Below, one piece after another: positions 33,448-47,108 of a DNA stretch of 64,000 nt (position 1 is its first letter; every line of letters begins with the position of its first letter). Both the position numbers and the translations under genes were made by a program. The notes beneath the pieces are model-generated. The model was not told where the DNA came from, searched no databases, and worked only from the letters and a program-made list of their open reading frames with translations. The DNA comes from the human T2T-CHM13v2.0 reference genome, Homo sapiens. Location: NCBI RefSeq assembly GCF_009914755.1, contig NC_060940.1; one strand, written 5' to 3'.

Positions 33448-33540
33448 TGTTAGTTTTCAGTTTTTAAGCATAAACTCAAGGTAACAGTTTTCCTGTTAGT
33501 TTTTAGTTTTTAAACATACACTCCAGGTAATAGTTTTCCT
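33448..33540. repeat. 46-bp tandem duplication (2 copies)
   Basis: 33448-33493 vs 33494-33539, 5 mismatches. Confidence 0.9.
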
Positions 33541-33552
33541 TTCTCCCAATCT

Positions 33553-33554
<2 letters not shown>

Positions 33555-33586
<32 letters not shown>

Positions 33587-33864
33587 AGACAGAGTCTCGC
33601 TCTGTCACCCAGGCTGGAGTGCAGTGGTGCGATCTCGGTTCACTGTAACCTCTGCCTCCCAGATTCAAGCAGTTCTCTGCCTCAGCCTCCCAAGTGGCTG
33701 GGATTACAGGTGCTCGCCACCATGCCTGGCTAATATTTGTATTTTTAGTAGAGACGAGGTTTCACGAACTTGGCCAGGCTGGTCTTGAATTCCTGACCTT
33801 GTGATCCACCTGCCTCGGCCCCCTAAAGTGCTGGGATTACAGGCATGAGCCACCACGCCTGGCC
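33555..33864 (-). mobile_element. AluS (Sg/Sc-like) with T31 tract
   Basis: antisense dimeric Alu. Confidence 0.95.
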
Positions 33865-34084
33865 CTCTCTCTCCTTGTTGCTACTACGCCATCCAGACTC
33901 CAGTCACTCAAAGCAACTACATCTCTCATGCCAAGCAGGTACCTTCTTCCTCACTCTAATCCCACATTGTCTTCACCTCTAGACTGATGATCATTTATCT
34001 CTGACATTTTTTGTTCAACCACAGCCCACTTATGCCTGCCTTCTCACGTGCCGCTCAAGCTCGACAACTCTACAGGTGCTAAGA

Positions 34085-34280
34085 TGAAATATAGTGTAGA
34101 TGTTAAAAGGATTTCTCTGGAGCCTGATCTCCACATGTGGTTCTATCTTCTGCTAGTTGAGTTACCTTGGGAAATTAGCTTAGTTTTCTGCTACCTCTGT
34201 CTTCTCCTCTGTAAAATGTAGTAACAGTAACATAAAAATTCCATAGGGTTATAATTAGAATTAGATAAAATAACTAAATA
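34085..34280 (+). mobile_element. MIR
   Basis: 'accttgggaaattagctt...cctctgtcttctcctctgtaaaatg...catagggtt'. Confidence 0.7.
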
Positions 34281-35159
34281 ATTGCAAATAATCTATTATG
34301 TAGAGAGTGATAGGTTATATATGTAGTGTCTAGAGTGCAGACTTCTAGTGAAAATACTGACTTTTGGTCTTCAGTAAACTAGTAATATGTCAATGTTGGC
34401 TTTTTCAAAGTAATTTTTAGCAACCCTTACTAGTGCACTTAGAAGGTAAATATTAGCAAACAGTACTTAATTGAACATACCACCACCGACAATGAAATTA
34501 TGGATTACCTACCTGTAAGAACAAAAGAAAAGGTGTGAATTTTTGGATTAGTTTATGGCTCACCAGTGTTACCCCTTTACAAGGTATATGCCCACGGTCG
34601 TTATGTTCAAAGGTTGAAACTCTAGACTACTATATTTAATTCTCCTCAAGAATCTTAGATATGAAAGGAACAGCAAAAGTCATTTTATCAAAATTTAGTC
34701 CTGGTACAAGAACTCCATTAAACTTGGCATTTGGTTATTTGTTTTGGGCCCCAGTGATTTGCTAAAGAATAGGTTGAGTTCTAGAGATAGAAAAATAGTA
34801 AGGTAAAGAGCCTTACCCCAAGGGGATAGGGGGTAGTCAGGAAGACAGGCAAGGAAACAGGCAATTGCAAAATAAAAACCAGGTGTTACCAGAGTCATAG
34901 TGGCTCTCAAAGGAGGTACCTCTCCTTGCCTTGGGTGGGAGTAAGTGGGTACAAAGAGAATTTCAGAGAAAGGTAGCATCTGAGCTGAAACCTGAACAAC
35001 AAGTAGGAGTTCCCCAAATGAAGATAGAGGAATACAGCAAAGAAATTTGCCCAGTGCAAATAGGAACATGCAAGATAGAGAATGTGACGTTCATTCAGTG
35101 GCTGTTTATTATTAAGGTCCTACAATATATCAGGACTGTATTACGAGAACTTATGTAAA

Positions 35160-35312
35160 TGTCAGACCACTGTCTCCTCCACCTCTAAAATGAGTTTTTT
35201 CAGGGCAGAAACTGCCCAATTTATCTTTGCTAACCTAATGCCTTCAGCTCAATGTTTATCAAGTGGAAGATGTTCAATAATTATTTGTTGAAGGAATGAA
35301 TTAATCAATAAA
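35160..35312 (+). mobile_element. L2 3' end
   Basis: 'ctgtctcctcc...agggcagaaactg...tgttcaataattatttgttgaaggaatgaa'. Confidence 0.7.
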
Positions 35313-36537
35313 TGGTTTATCACAATTTCCTCCTGTTAGTGAGAAGCAAAGTCATTGGAAAAACCATTTACCAGTATAGGGTCAGGCTAGACACTTGTAG
35401 CCCATCACCAGTGATTACTTTCCTGTTGGAGAGCCATCCATTCCATCAGTATTGTTTGGCACAACCATTCAACCAGCAAACTGTATCTTCATGGGCCTGT
35501 ACACCTGTCTTATTCATGGATATTTCACAAGCGTAATGGCAGATGTGTGATTTCTGACCTCTCCTCCAACCTGGTTGACTTGGGTTATAGCAACAGAGAA
35601 AATGAGTTTTGCTTGGGGTTATTTCTTAATAAGCTATCATTGACCATTAATCATCAACAACCACTTGCCTTTCCAGTGTCTCACCAATTACGTATTTCAT
35701 TCTCTGTTCTACCTCCCAGCAAAGTATCGGGTCTGTTTTAGGATTTACGTTTTTATTAGAATGTTTGCCCCTTTTAGCCTGATAGCACGTTTATCATTCC
35801 AAAACCACTGGACGGATTCCACACAAACATTAAATGTTTAAATGTGTTCACACTGAAACGTGTGGGAATAGCAAATGGTCTTTTGTTGTAACTTTTGAAG
35901 ATCTTCTGTAATTCCTCTATTTCATTTGCATATTGAAGTGCTTGCTTATGTTCAGGAACCTGTGCTTAGCATTTGTATATGTCCTATGGTTCCCAATATT
36001 AATGAGTCCTGGAGAAAGTTGAATCTGCAAGTTTCTTTACAGTGGCCATCAGGGAATGAGGTAGCAGGATGTTAATGCTGTCTGCATGCTGTGAAGGATG
36101 ATAAACTGTACTTGGGTGACCTTATTAATCACTCATAACGTGATCTTAAAGGTATGTGCATTTTCTGTGCCTCCCAGTCTTTGCGTATGGAGAGGGAAAG
36201 ATGGGCATTCCCTAGTCCCCTTAAGCTCTAGGTGCCCTCAATATCTCCCACTTGAGCATCTGAACTTCATCTCAGTTTTATGACAGCAGCTGGCATGCAA
36301 ATTGGCTGGACTTGAAAGCACTGAAGTTCACCTCACTTTGCTCAATCTGTGCACAAATGATCAAGCTCAGCAATTTTGAAAATGGCCCACCCTTTTAAAG
36401 GGAAAACCTGAAATATTTTCAGTCCTAACGGTAGTCGGGCCAAGCAGTGTCTGGTAGCCCATTCTTAGTTCTGTTACCAGCAGGTAATGCAGGTTAGCTT
36501 GATGAGCACAACTCTTTGTCTTCTCTCCACCTGTCTC

Positions 36538-37330
<793 letters not shown>

Positions 37331-37454
37331 ATTGCAAACACAATATATAGCTCAAGTTTACTTTGTACTCAACAAAATCCATTCTGTCTACCACTGGAAA
37401 TAATAGCAAATACGGCTTGTTGGAAAGTCCGTGTGTAACTTATCTCTTATTATT

Positions 37455-37600
37455 GCTGAGAGGATCAGGAAAAATAACTGTTGAGTATTAGACTGAATAC
37501 CTGGGCAATGAAATAATCTGTGGAACATACCCCCATAACTCAAGTTTATATAACAAACCTGCACATGTACACCTCAACTTAAAGTTTAAGAAAAAAAGAA
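37455..37600 (+). mobile_element. L1PA15/16-like extreme 3' end
   Basis: 'aggatcaggaaaaataact...gaaataatctgt...taacaaacctgcacatgtac' plus A tail. Confidence 0.8.
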
Positions 37601-38220
37601 TGCTGGTGGGAATGTAAATGAGTACAACCTCTATGGAAAACAGTACAGAGATTTTTCAAAGAAGTAAAAGTAGGTCTACCATTCGGTACAGCAATCACTC
37701 TACCCAATACTGGGTCTCTACCCAGAGGAAAGATGCCTGCTTGCATATATTTATCATAACACAATTCACAATTGCAAAGATACAGAATCAGCCTTAGTGC
37801 CCAGCAACCAATAAGTAGATAAGGAAAATATGGTATATTCACCTTGAAATACTACTCAGCCATAAAAAAGAATGAAATAATGTCTTTTGCAGCAACTTGG
37901 ATGAAACTGGAGGTTTCTTCTAAGTGAAGTAACTCTGAAATCAAAAAGCAAATACTGCATTTCTTCACTTGTAAGTGGGAACTAAGGTATGAGGATGCAA
38001 AGGTATACAGTATGATGGACATTGGAGACTCAGAAGATGGGAGGGTAGAAGGGGGATGAGGAGCAAAAAACTACCTATTTAGTACAACGTACACTACTCG
38101 GGTGGCAGGTGCACTAAAATCCTAGATTTCAACACTATGCAATTCATCCATGTAACCAAAACTAACCTGTAACCCTAAAGCTATTGAAATTTTTCAAAAA
38201 ATATTTAAAAAGAAAAAAAA
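37601..38220 (+). mobile_element. L1PB (PB4-like) 3' end
   Basis: 'caattcatccatgtaaccaaa...ccctaaagctattgaaat' 3'UTR preceded by ORF2 C-terminal sequence. Confidence 0.85.
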
Positions 38221-38575
38221 GCAAAATTTTAGATATGGAGGAAAAAAAAGACATGAATAAGAGCCCTTCAGTCCAACCAGAATTTGATTTCACTTTCCTC
38301 TCCTTGTCATTGTTTTTATACAGCTCTTTATCTCTTTCCAACAGAAAAAGTAAAGAATTTTTCCTTTTTTATTTAGTTTTTTAATGTTCAGAGTGGAAAA
38401 GACATAACTCTTCCTACTTGAGCATTTGTCTGTTTTTTCATTGTAAATATTATTATTGTCCCTGTAGCCTGGGAGGCCTTTCAAAGGTCACTTGGCCTTT
38501 TCTAGTACAGTCACATGCCCTTCTTCATTTTTAAATCTTTGAGGGGGAGAGGGGAATGAGAAAATATTCCGGAAT

Positions 38576-38764
38576 AGCACTGTCCAATAGAACTTTCTGC
38601 AGTGACACCCATGTTCTTTATCATCAGTGTCTAATGAGGTACCTACTAGTCACATGGGACTTGTGAGCACTCACAGTCAAGCTAGTGCTACCAAGGAGCT
38701 GAATTTTAAATTCTATCTAATTAGCCACATGTGGCCAACAGCTGTCATCTTGGACAACACAACT
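38576..38764. mobile_element. MER3 hAT-Charlie element
   Basis: termini 'gcactgtccaatagaactttctgc' and 'tcttggacaacac'. Confidence 0.8.
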
Positions 38765-39089
38765 CTAGAGCCTCTTCTGAATGTTATGCCAGTGAATTCA
38801 CTGAAATTCACAACTGGAATTTACACCAGTGATGGTCTTCATATGGGCTTCCGTTAGTGACTTTGGTGAAGTTTCAGGCGAGACCTAAAGGATGGGAGGG
38901 GATCTGGGGAAGCATGTTCTAAGCTGATGGAACAGCAAGTAAAAAGATACTCAGTCTGAGGACACTTGACCTGGCATGAAGCTCTGAATGCAGCCCGTGG
39001 TACTAGCCCTTGGTAAGTCGGGGGAGGCTGAAGGCTGAAGGAACAACCTTCCAGCTCAATTCCAGGTCATTTCTGGTTATGGCGAGGTC

Positions 39090-39616
39090 TTTTTCACAAA
39101 ATAATCATTGTTTTCATCTATTCAGTATCCATTTCCTCATCCTGTGGTCCTATAATTGCATTTTTCTTAGGGGACCACCTCTCTTGCATTTTTCCTCCAT
39201 ACTTCCAGAGAGCTGGCTCCTTACCGAGCTCTAGAGTTGGGTATGGAACCTAAACCTAGCCAGCTGGCATAACTCCAATTCCCAGCCACAGGGACTGGCT
39301 CCTAGATGACCAAGTGGCTCAAGTCTCTCCAAGGAGACTCAGTCTCAGAACACTTGTTAAAGCTGTTAGAGACTGAACACATTGAGCCTGAAATTGATGG
39401 CCATTTCTCTGCCCCCCTGAGAATGTGGCCAACCTCCTAGAAAGACCACAGGGCTAGGACTGAGTTCCAATTCTCTGAATGTAGCCCTGCTGCAATCTAT
39501 AATTATCCTGAGGTTTTTCACTTATGTGAACGAATACATTTCTTTTTTTGCTTAAGCCAATTTGAGCCAGTGTTTTAATTTAAAACCTCACCCCCAAAAA
39601 AATTCTGATGAATACA
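39090..39616 (+). mobile_element. MLT1J/K/L-like MaLR LTR
   Basis: 3' end 'tatgtgaacgaatacatttcttttt...gcttaagccaatttgag...ctgatgaataca'. Confidence 0.65.
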
Positions 39617-39693
39617 ATAATGTCAAATATAGCATTTGTGACAGTATAAATCTTTCAAATCCCAAAGAACTCATCCCTAAGAAATTATGGAGA

Positions 39694-40052
<359 letters not shown>

Positions 40053-40185
40053 TTATGGAGAAAACTGGACAAAACTGGGAGTACAGAAGTGGAAAATCAC
40101 ATTGTGAAGGAGCTAGTGAATTTTCTCCCTTAGTTATTTAGCTGGAAATATGAATCCACTGATAAAGGTGGATTTGCTTGGCCCC

Positions 40186-40293
40186 CGAGGCAGAGGTTGC
40201 AGTGAGCAGAGATTGTAACACTGCACTTCAGCCTGGGCAATAGAGCTAGACTCCATCTCAAAAAACAAAACAAGACCGAAAACAAAAGAAACA
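40186..40293 (+). mobile_element. Alu right-arm 3' fragment
   Basis: 'gaggcagaggttgcagtgagc...ctccatctcaaaaaac'. Confidence 0.88.
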
Positions 40294-40781
40294 AGGACCT
40301 CACTTTTTACTCCATATACTTTTTTTTCCTGTTTTTGCTTTTTTAAACAATAAATGTTTGTAATTTATATGACAATAAAGAGTCTTATTAAAAAGTATTT
40401 CAAAAATTTTTTTTCTTCTAGGGTAGATGGTGTAGTTTTCTTATTCTTTGAAAATACAAATATAATTGCTCCAAGCAAATCAAACATATAAGAGTGCAGA
40501 GAGAGAGGGAAAATTCCCCCCCAGCCCACACAAGCCTTCTAAATGTACTTCCCTTCCCAGAGAAAACTACTATGAATAGTATCTATTTTCTATACATTGA
40601 CAAAAATATTTAGAGATAGTGGGTATGTATGAGAGAAAAAGATGGATCAATAAATACACATCTACAAACATATATGATTTGGTTTAAATATCGCCTACCT
40701 GTATATATTCATTAGTATGCGTATGTACAGGCATATATATGTAAAATATATATGTACCTATATATATATATGTATATATGA

Positions 40782-41089
<308 letters not shown>

Positions 41090-41117
41090 AATATTACTTC
41101 TTTTTCTGTTTAACAGT

Positions 41118-41474
41118 TGATATTGTTTGGCTGTGTCCCCACCCAAATCTCATCTTGAATTCCCACGTGTTGTGTGAGGGACTGGGTGGGAGTTAATTGA
41201 ATAATGGAGGCAGGTCATTCCCACGCTGTTCTCATGATAGTGAATAAGCCTCATGAGATCCGATGGTTTTATAAAGGGGAATTTCCCTGCACAAGTTCTT
41301 TCTTTGCCTGCTGCCATCGATGTAAGATGAGACTTGCTCCTCCTTGCCTTCCACCATGACTGTGTGGCCTCCATAGCCATGTGGAACTGTAAGTCTATTA
41401 AAGGTCTTTCTCCCGTAAGTTGCCTAGGCTTGAGTATGTCTTTATCAGCAGCATGAAAACAGACTAAGAATACA
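41118..41474 (+). mobile_element. THE1 (A/B-like) MaLR solo LTR
   Basis: TG...CA termini, 'tgatattgtttggctgtgtccccacccaaatctcatcttgaattccc'; 5-bp TSD acagt/gcagt. Confidence 0.92.
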
Positions 41475-42406
41475 GCAGTACATCAGGAATATTTTCCATG
41501 AGCTACATCTCCACTGCAACATTCTTTTTAGCAACAGGGCAGCATTCTGTAGTTTGTATGTATATCCTTAATGGTTTATCACCCGCCTTTTAATAAACAT
41601 CAGGCTGTTTCCTGTTTTTGCCTATTCGTGACAATGCTGAAACAGCTTCATTGCGCATAAGCAAGACTTCTCTATGGCATCTCCAAATGATGACTGTTGG
41701 CTCTAATGTATAATACGAGTGTATCTTCCATATCCCTCTCTGCTAATGTTCCCTGCTGATGTAGGATAAGCTTCTGTGGCTTGATCTTGGCTGATAATTT
41801 GGGTACAAATCTAACAAAGGCATGAGATGTGTTCTAAACTTACCTCTAGAAAAGTCAGGGTTTTTTTTGCAGCAATGATGCCACAAAACACATTCTGAGG
41901 ACAACTCACCACGAGTTTGAAGATGATTTGTTTGGAGCGATTTGAAATCAAAGTTCAGATTTATTTCTCATAAGTCTGTTGTTTAGAGGGGGATTTCGTG
42001 AACTGTTCCTATCTATGTGCCTTATGCCTGCAGGCTACAGGTCCTTTATGAGATGGCTATTTTTAAAGGAACACCTCTATTCTCAGGATGGTTGACAGGA
42101 CTTTTAATGAGGAAAGAAATTAGAAATCAGAGCTGGAGGCAAAGTGGTCAGCAGAAAGGAAAGAAAAACAAGGAACTTGTATTAAGCAGAAAGGCAGCTT
42201 AGTATACCCTTTCAAGTGTCTGTTATTGTAAATATTCTTGTATATATCCATTAGCAGTCATGGGTGAGAACTACAGAATTTTTTGGGTTATCATCATAGG
42301 AAAGTACTTACCACATCTCCACAGGCTCCTCATTTTACTTAAACTTGACCAAATCCAGTAGCAATTGAAACTGTACAAATCAAATAATGTATTTAATGCA
42401 ACAGGG

Positions 42407-42625
42407 CAGGGGTTGGAAAACTGCAGCCTGTGGGCCACATTTACTCCACTTGGATTATTATTATTTCTGTAATAAAGTTGTATTATGTATACCCAGCTGC
42501 ACCTATGCAAGCATATATTTCTGCGGCAGCTTTTGGGTACCACGGCAGAGCTCAATATTAGGATAGCCCTGCAAGTCGAAAATATTTTCTTTCTGCCCCT
42601 TTACGGAAGATGTTCGTCAACCTAG
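42407..42625. mobile_element. MER58A hAT-Charlie element
   Basis: 'caggggttggaaaactgcagcctgtgggcca...aaaatatttt...ccctttacggaaga'. Confidence 0.8.
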
Positions 42626-42987
42626 GGAATCTCACAATTTCAAGGTGTTCCCTGTTCAATTTTTTTTTTTAATGTGAGAAAAGAAATCAATCTCTACTCA
42701 GAGGCTGCAGAGCCTTCCTGGGAGGAGAGAAGAGTCCACAAAGTTCTCCGTCTGCCTGGGAGGCAGATGCAGATGAGAGGAAGTGGCAGAGGCTGAGCTG
42801 TACCTGCTGGATTCATTCTTCTTGTCTCCCCAGTTGGGAAGTTAAGGAAGTTACTCTTTATATGACAGGGAGGAAATGAGCAATGGAGAGAGCCCATTTC
42901 TAAATAGTAGGGCTGAAGTCTCCCATGGATAATGCAACACAGTTGTCAGTGACACAAAATGATGTGCTTGGGTCTGAGAATTACCTC

Positions 42988-43385
42988 TTATTTGGAGGCC
43001 GAATTGTGTCTCCACTACCCCCGATTCAAATGCTCAAATTCTCACCCACAGGACCTCAGAATGTGAGTCTGTTTGGAGACAGGATCCTTAGGAAGTTAAT
43101 TCGGGTTTCATGAGGTTATTAGGTTGGGCCCGAATCCAGTGTGTTTGGTGTCCTTATAAGAAGAAAAAATCAGAACCCAGACACACAGAGAGAATACCAT
43201 ATAAACAACACAGAGGGGGAAGATGGTCGTCTGCAAGCCAAGGAAAGAGGCTTCAGAAGAAACCAACACTGCAAACACCTTAGTCTTGAACTTCTACCCT
43301 CCAGAATTGTGAGAAAATAAATTTCTGTTGTTTAAGCCACACAGTCTACGGTGCTTTGTTACGGCAGCCCTGGCAAGCTGACACA
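42988..43385 (+). mobile_element. MLT1B-like MaLR LTR
   Basis: 'acctcagaatgtga...tttggagacagg...gtgtccttataagaag...ccagaattgtgagaaaataaatttctgttgtttaagcca'. Confidence 0.88.
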
Positions 43386-43672
43386 CTTCTGCTCAAGTCT
43401 ATGTTGGTATCTTCTTAGATATGATGCAGATAGTACACAGATCTTTCTGACGCCTAAGTCAGCAGCCCTGGCAAGCTAATACACTTCTGCTCCTGTCTGC
43501 ATTGGTGTCTTCTTAGATATGATCCAGATAGCAGAGAGACTTTCTGATGCCTAAGTCAGCAGTCCTAGCAAACCCTAGCAAGCTGAAGCCAACACACTTC
43601 TGCTCAAGTCTACCTTGGTGTCTTCTCAGATATGATGCAGATAGTATAGAGAGCTTTCTGATGCCTAACTCA
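43364..43672. repeat. three tandem copies of a ~98-bp unit
   Basis: units start at 43364, 43462 and 43559. Confidence 0.92.
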
Positions 43673-43897
43673 GCAGTTCTCAACTGTGGACAATTTTGCT
43701 CCTCAGGAGACATTTGGCAATGTCAGGAGGCATTTTTGATTGTCATAATTAGTGGAGCAAGGCACTATAATGCTACTGGCGTCTAGCGGGTGGAGGCCAG
43801 GGATGCTGTTTAACATCTCACAATGCACAGGACAGCCCCCTATGACAATAAGTTACCCAGCCTAAAGTGGCAATTGTACCAAGACTGAGAGTTCCTG
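43671..43897. mobile_element. MER20 hAT-Charlie element
   Basis: 'gttctcaac...gacatttggcaatgtc...ggtggaggccagggatgctg...acaatgcacaggacagcccc'. Confidence 0.88.
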
Positions 43898-44472
43898 ATG
43901 GGGCAGAAGATGCATTACTGTCAGGCTGTGTCTCTTCCCTTCTCCCCATTAGACCTTTGGTGTTCTTTGAAGGGGCCGGAAGAGGTTATCTCCTACTCTG
44001 GGCATTGTGTAGAATGGCCATATAAGATCCTCAAAATAATTGAAACGGAAAGACTCCCTTCGGCTCTTTCTGCCATTCCAGTAAATACCTGCTAAGTATG
44101 CTCTAGGAAAACTATGAGGTGCTGTATGATTTCTGTGACAGGAACTGTGGCTTTCCTGAGGAACAGTCTTCCTTTCAATGCTGTTAACTTCCCCCAAGTT
44201 TGTGGTCTGTTGGTGGTTCCGGTGTGGGCAAAGAGGAATGAATGATTGATGGACTGTGAGCCTCCCAAGTAGAAGTGGGCTAGTGGGGAGTTTTTTTAAT
44301 ATCATATTTTATATACAACTGCAGGTCAGGCCAGGCTATGGATATACAGTGCCTGACCCTAGTACAGAGGAAGGATCGATTGTGCTCAAACAGTGAGCTA
44401 TCCAAATAATTTATTTATGCAGCAATGCAGCTGTCTGCTTCTTTGGAGGTGGGCACAGGCTGGAAGGGTTTT

Positions 44473-46020
44473 GTGTGTGCGCACGTGCGTGTGTGTGTGT
44501 GTGTGTATGTATGTGTGGGCATGGGGTGCATTTGTATGTGTATGTGTGGGTATGGGGTGCGTTTGTGTTTGTATGTATATGGGTGGGTATGGGGCGCATT
44601 TGTGAGTGTATGTGTATGTGTGGGGTGCATTTGTGTGTGTATGTATATGGGTGGGTATGGGGTGCATTTGTGAGTGTATGTGTATGTGTGAGTGTGGGGT
44701 GCATTTGTGTGTGTGTGTGTGTATGTGGACTTTGAGTGCATTTGTGTGTGTATATGTGGGTGTGGGATGCATTTGTATGTGTGTGATTGTGTATGTGTGG
44801 GTTTGGAGTGCATTTGTGTGTGTGTGCGTATGTTGGGATGTGGGGTGCATTTGTGTGCGTATGTGTGGGCCTGGGGTGCATTTGTGTGCATGTGAGTGTA
44901 TGTGTGGGCATGGGATGCATTTGTGTGTGTGTGTCTGTGTGGGCGTGGGGTGCATTTGTGTGTGTGTGTAAGTGTGGGCTTGGAGTACATTTGTGTGTGT
45001 GTGTGTATCTATATATTTGGGTGTGGGGTGCATTTGTGTGCGTGTGTGTGGGTGTGGGGTGCATATGTGTGTGTGTGTGTGATTGTATTTGTGGGCATGG
45101 GGTGCATTTGTATTGGGCTTGGGGTGCATTTGTGTGTGTATATGTATGTGTGGGCGTGGGGTGCATTTGTGCGTGTATGTGTATATTGGGGTGTGGGGTG
45201 CATTTGTGTTTGTGTATGGGTGTGGGGTGCATTTGTGTGTGTGTGTTTGTGTGGGCATGGGGTGCATTTGTGTGTGAGTGTATGTGTGGGTGTGGGGTGC
45301 ATTTGTGTGTGTGTGTGGGCATGGGGTGCATTTGTGTGTGTGTAAGTGTATGTGTGGGTGTGTGGTGCATTTGTGTGTTTGGGTATGGGGTGCATTTCTG
45401 TGCATGTGTATGTGTGGATATGGGGTGCATTTGTGTGTGTGTGTGTGGGCGTGGGGTATATTTGTGTGTATCTATGTGTATGTGTGGGAGTTGGGTGCAT
45501 TTGTCTTGGGGGGCATAGGATGCAATTGTGTGTGTATGTGTGGGTGTGGGGTATATTTGTGTGTGTCTATGTGTATGTGTAGGAGTTGGTTGCATTTGTG
45601 TTGGGGGGCATAGGGTGCATTTGTGTGTGTATGTGTGGGTGTGGGGTGCATTTGTGTGTGTGTGTGTGTATGTGCATGTGTGGGCATGGGGTGCATTTGT
45701 GTGTGTATGTGTGGGTGTGGGGTCTATTTGTGTGTGTGTGTGTGTATGTGTATGTGTGGGCATGGGGTGCATTTGTGTGTGTGTATGTGTGGGTGTGGGG
45801 TGCATTTCTGTGTGTGTGTATGTGTGGGCGTGGGGTGCATTTGTGTGTATCTATGTGTATGTGTGGGAGTTTGGTGCATTTGTGTTGTGGGGGCATGGGG
45901 TGCATTTGTGTGTATATATGTGTGGATGTAGGGTGCGTTTGTCTGTGTGTATTTGTGTGGGCATGGAGTGCATTTGCGTTGCGGGGGTGTGGAGTGTGTT
46001 TGTGTGTGTGCACACGCACA
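44473..46020. repeat. GT-rich minisatellite (VNTR), ~43 units averaging ~34 bp
   Basis: core GGG(C/T)(A/G)TGGGGTGCATTTG followed by variable (TG/TA)n; cores counted by eye. Confidence 0.95.
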
Positions 46021-46825
46021 TGGTTCTCATGGTCCTCCCGTTTTCAACTGAACCTGTAATTAGCTCCTCAGAGACCAGGTAATCACAGTTTGCTTTTTCT
46101 ACCTGTAAATGCTCATTGGCTTTCTGATTTCCCATTAATTTCCTAGCTTTAAATTACCAAGAATTGGACTTTTTGTAAAATACCAAGTTATCGGAACAAA
46201 GACCGGCACTCTGGGAAGGCAAATGAAAAATTCCAGTGTCTCTGTAACTGAGATTGCCTGTTATTAGTAGGTTTCTCTGTCTGTTTGGTTTTGTCTACAT
46301 TTGAAAGGAAGCTTTTGAGGAATTCATGGAGCATGTCTACTCTATTCCCTCCCAGGTGAGATGGTGCCCCTCCAGGAAAGTATCAGAATGCAGCCATTAG
46401 GGCTGGACATTTCTAACTGGCCAAGTCTACACAGGCATAACAAATTGAGCAATTGTGGTTATGATCACAATTTCTAAAACTGGGACTCTAAATAATAGGT
46501 TCCAGAACCAAAATAAATATCAACAACCCAATTACCTTTTGTCTCTGCTACCAAGCATGAATTCTGATAGTCATTGTCTTACTTCTCTATGTTCAGAGAA
46601 TTATATTTAAGGGAAGAAGCAGCTAATGATAATTTACTGATTGTTACAAACAATCTACATGTCAGCTATATAGAGTCATCTATAGGAATTAATTGTATGA
46701 GCTATATATGTCAGGAATATATAGAGTATTCTTAACAGTAAATTAGCATTAGCATTAAAACGATTAGTATTATAATTTTATAATACTAATTATAACTATT
46801 AGTTAATTAGTTCAACTGTTGAGTT

Positions 46826-47005
46826 GAACTTTCTGCAATGGTGGGAGTGTTTTATACCTGAGCTTTCCAATATAGTAGCCATGAGCTGTATGGGCCTACT
46901 GAGCATTTGAAATGTGATTAGTGCAACTGAGGGGCTTTTAAAATAATTTTAGTTAATATAAACTTAACCCCATTGAGTAGTGGCTACCATATTGGACAGT
47001 ATACC
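46826..47005. mobile_element. MER3 hAT-Charlie element lacking its left terminus
   Basis: 'gaactttctgcaatg...tccaatatagtagcca...gtggctaccatattggacag'. Confidence 0.8.
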
Positions 47006-47108
47006 TCTATAGGCCCTAATCTCATCTCCTCTTTAAAAAGAATGAATATGTATCTTTATTAATAATCTGTGTTCATATCTTATATAACATACCTAAAAAT
47101 GTAGACAA

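Noticed and set aside
44411-45805. 464-aa His/Thr/Pro-rich ORF and overlapping ORFs as a CDS
   Set aside because: They lie wholly in the repeat and several frames on both strands are open, which composition alone explains.
44473-46020. CRISPR-like look (constant core with variable spacers)
   Set aside because: The spacers are (TG/TA)n variants of each other, not unique sequences; there are no cas genes and the context is primate DNA. It is a minisatellite.
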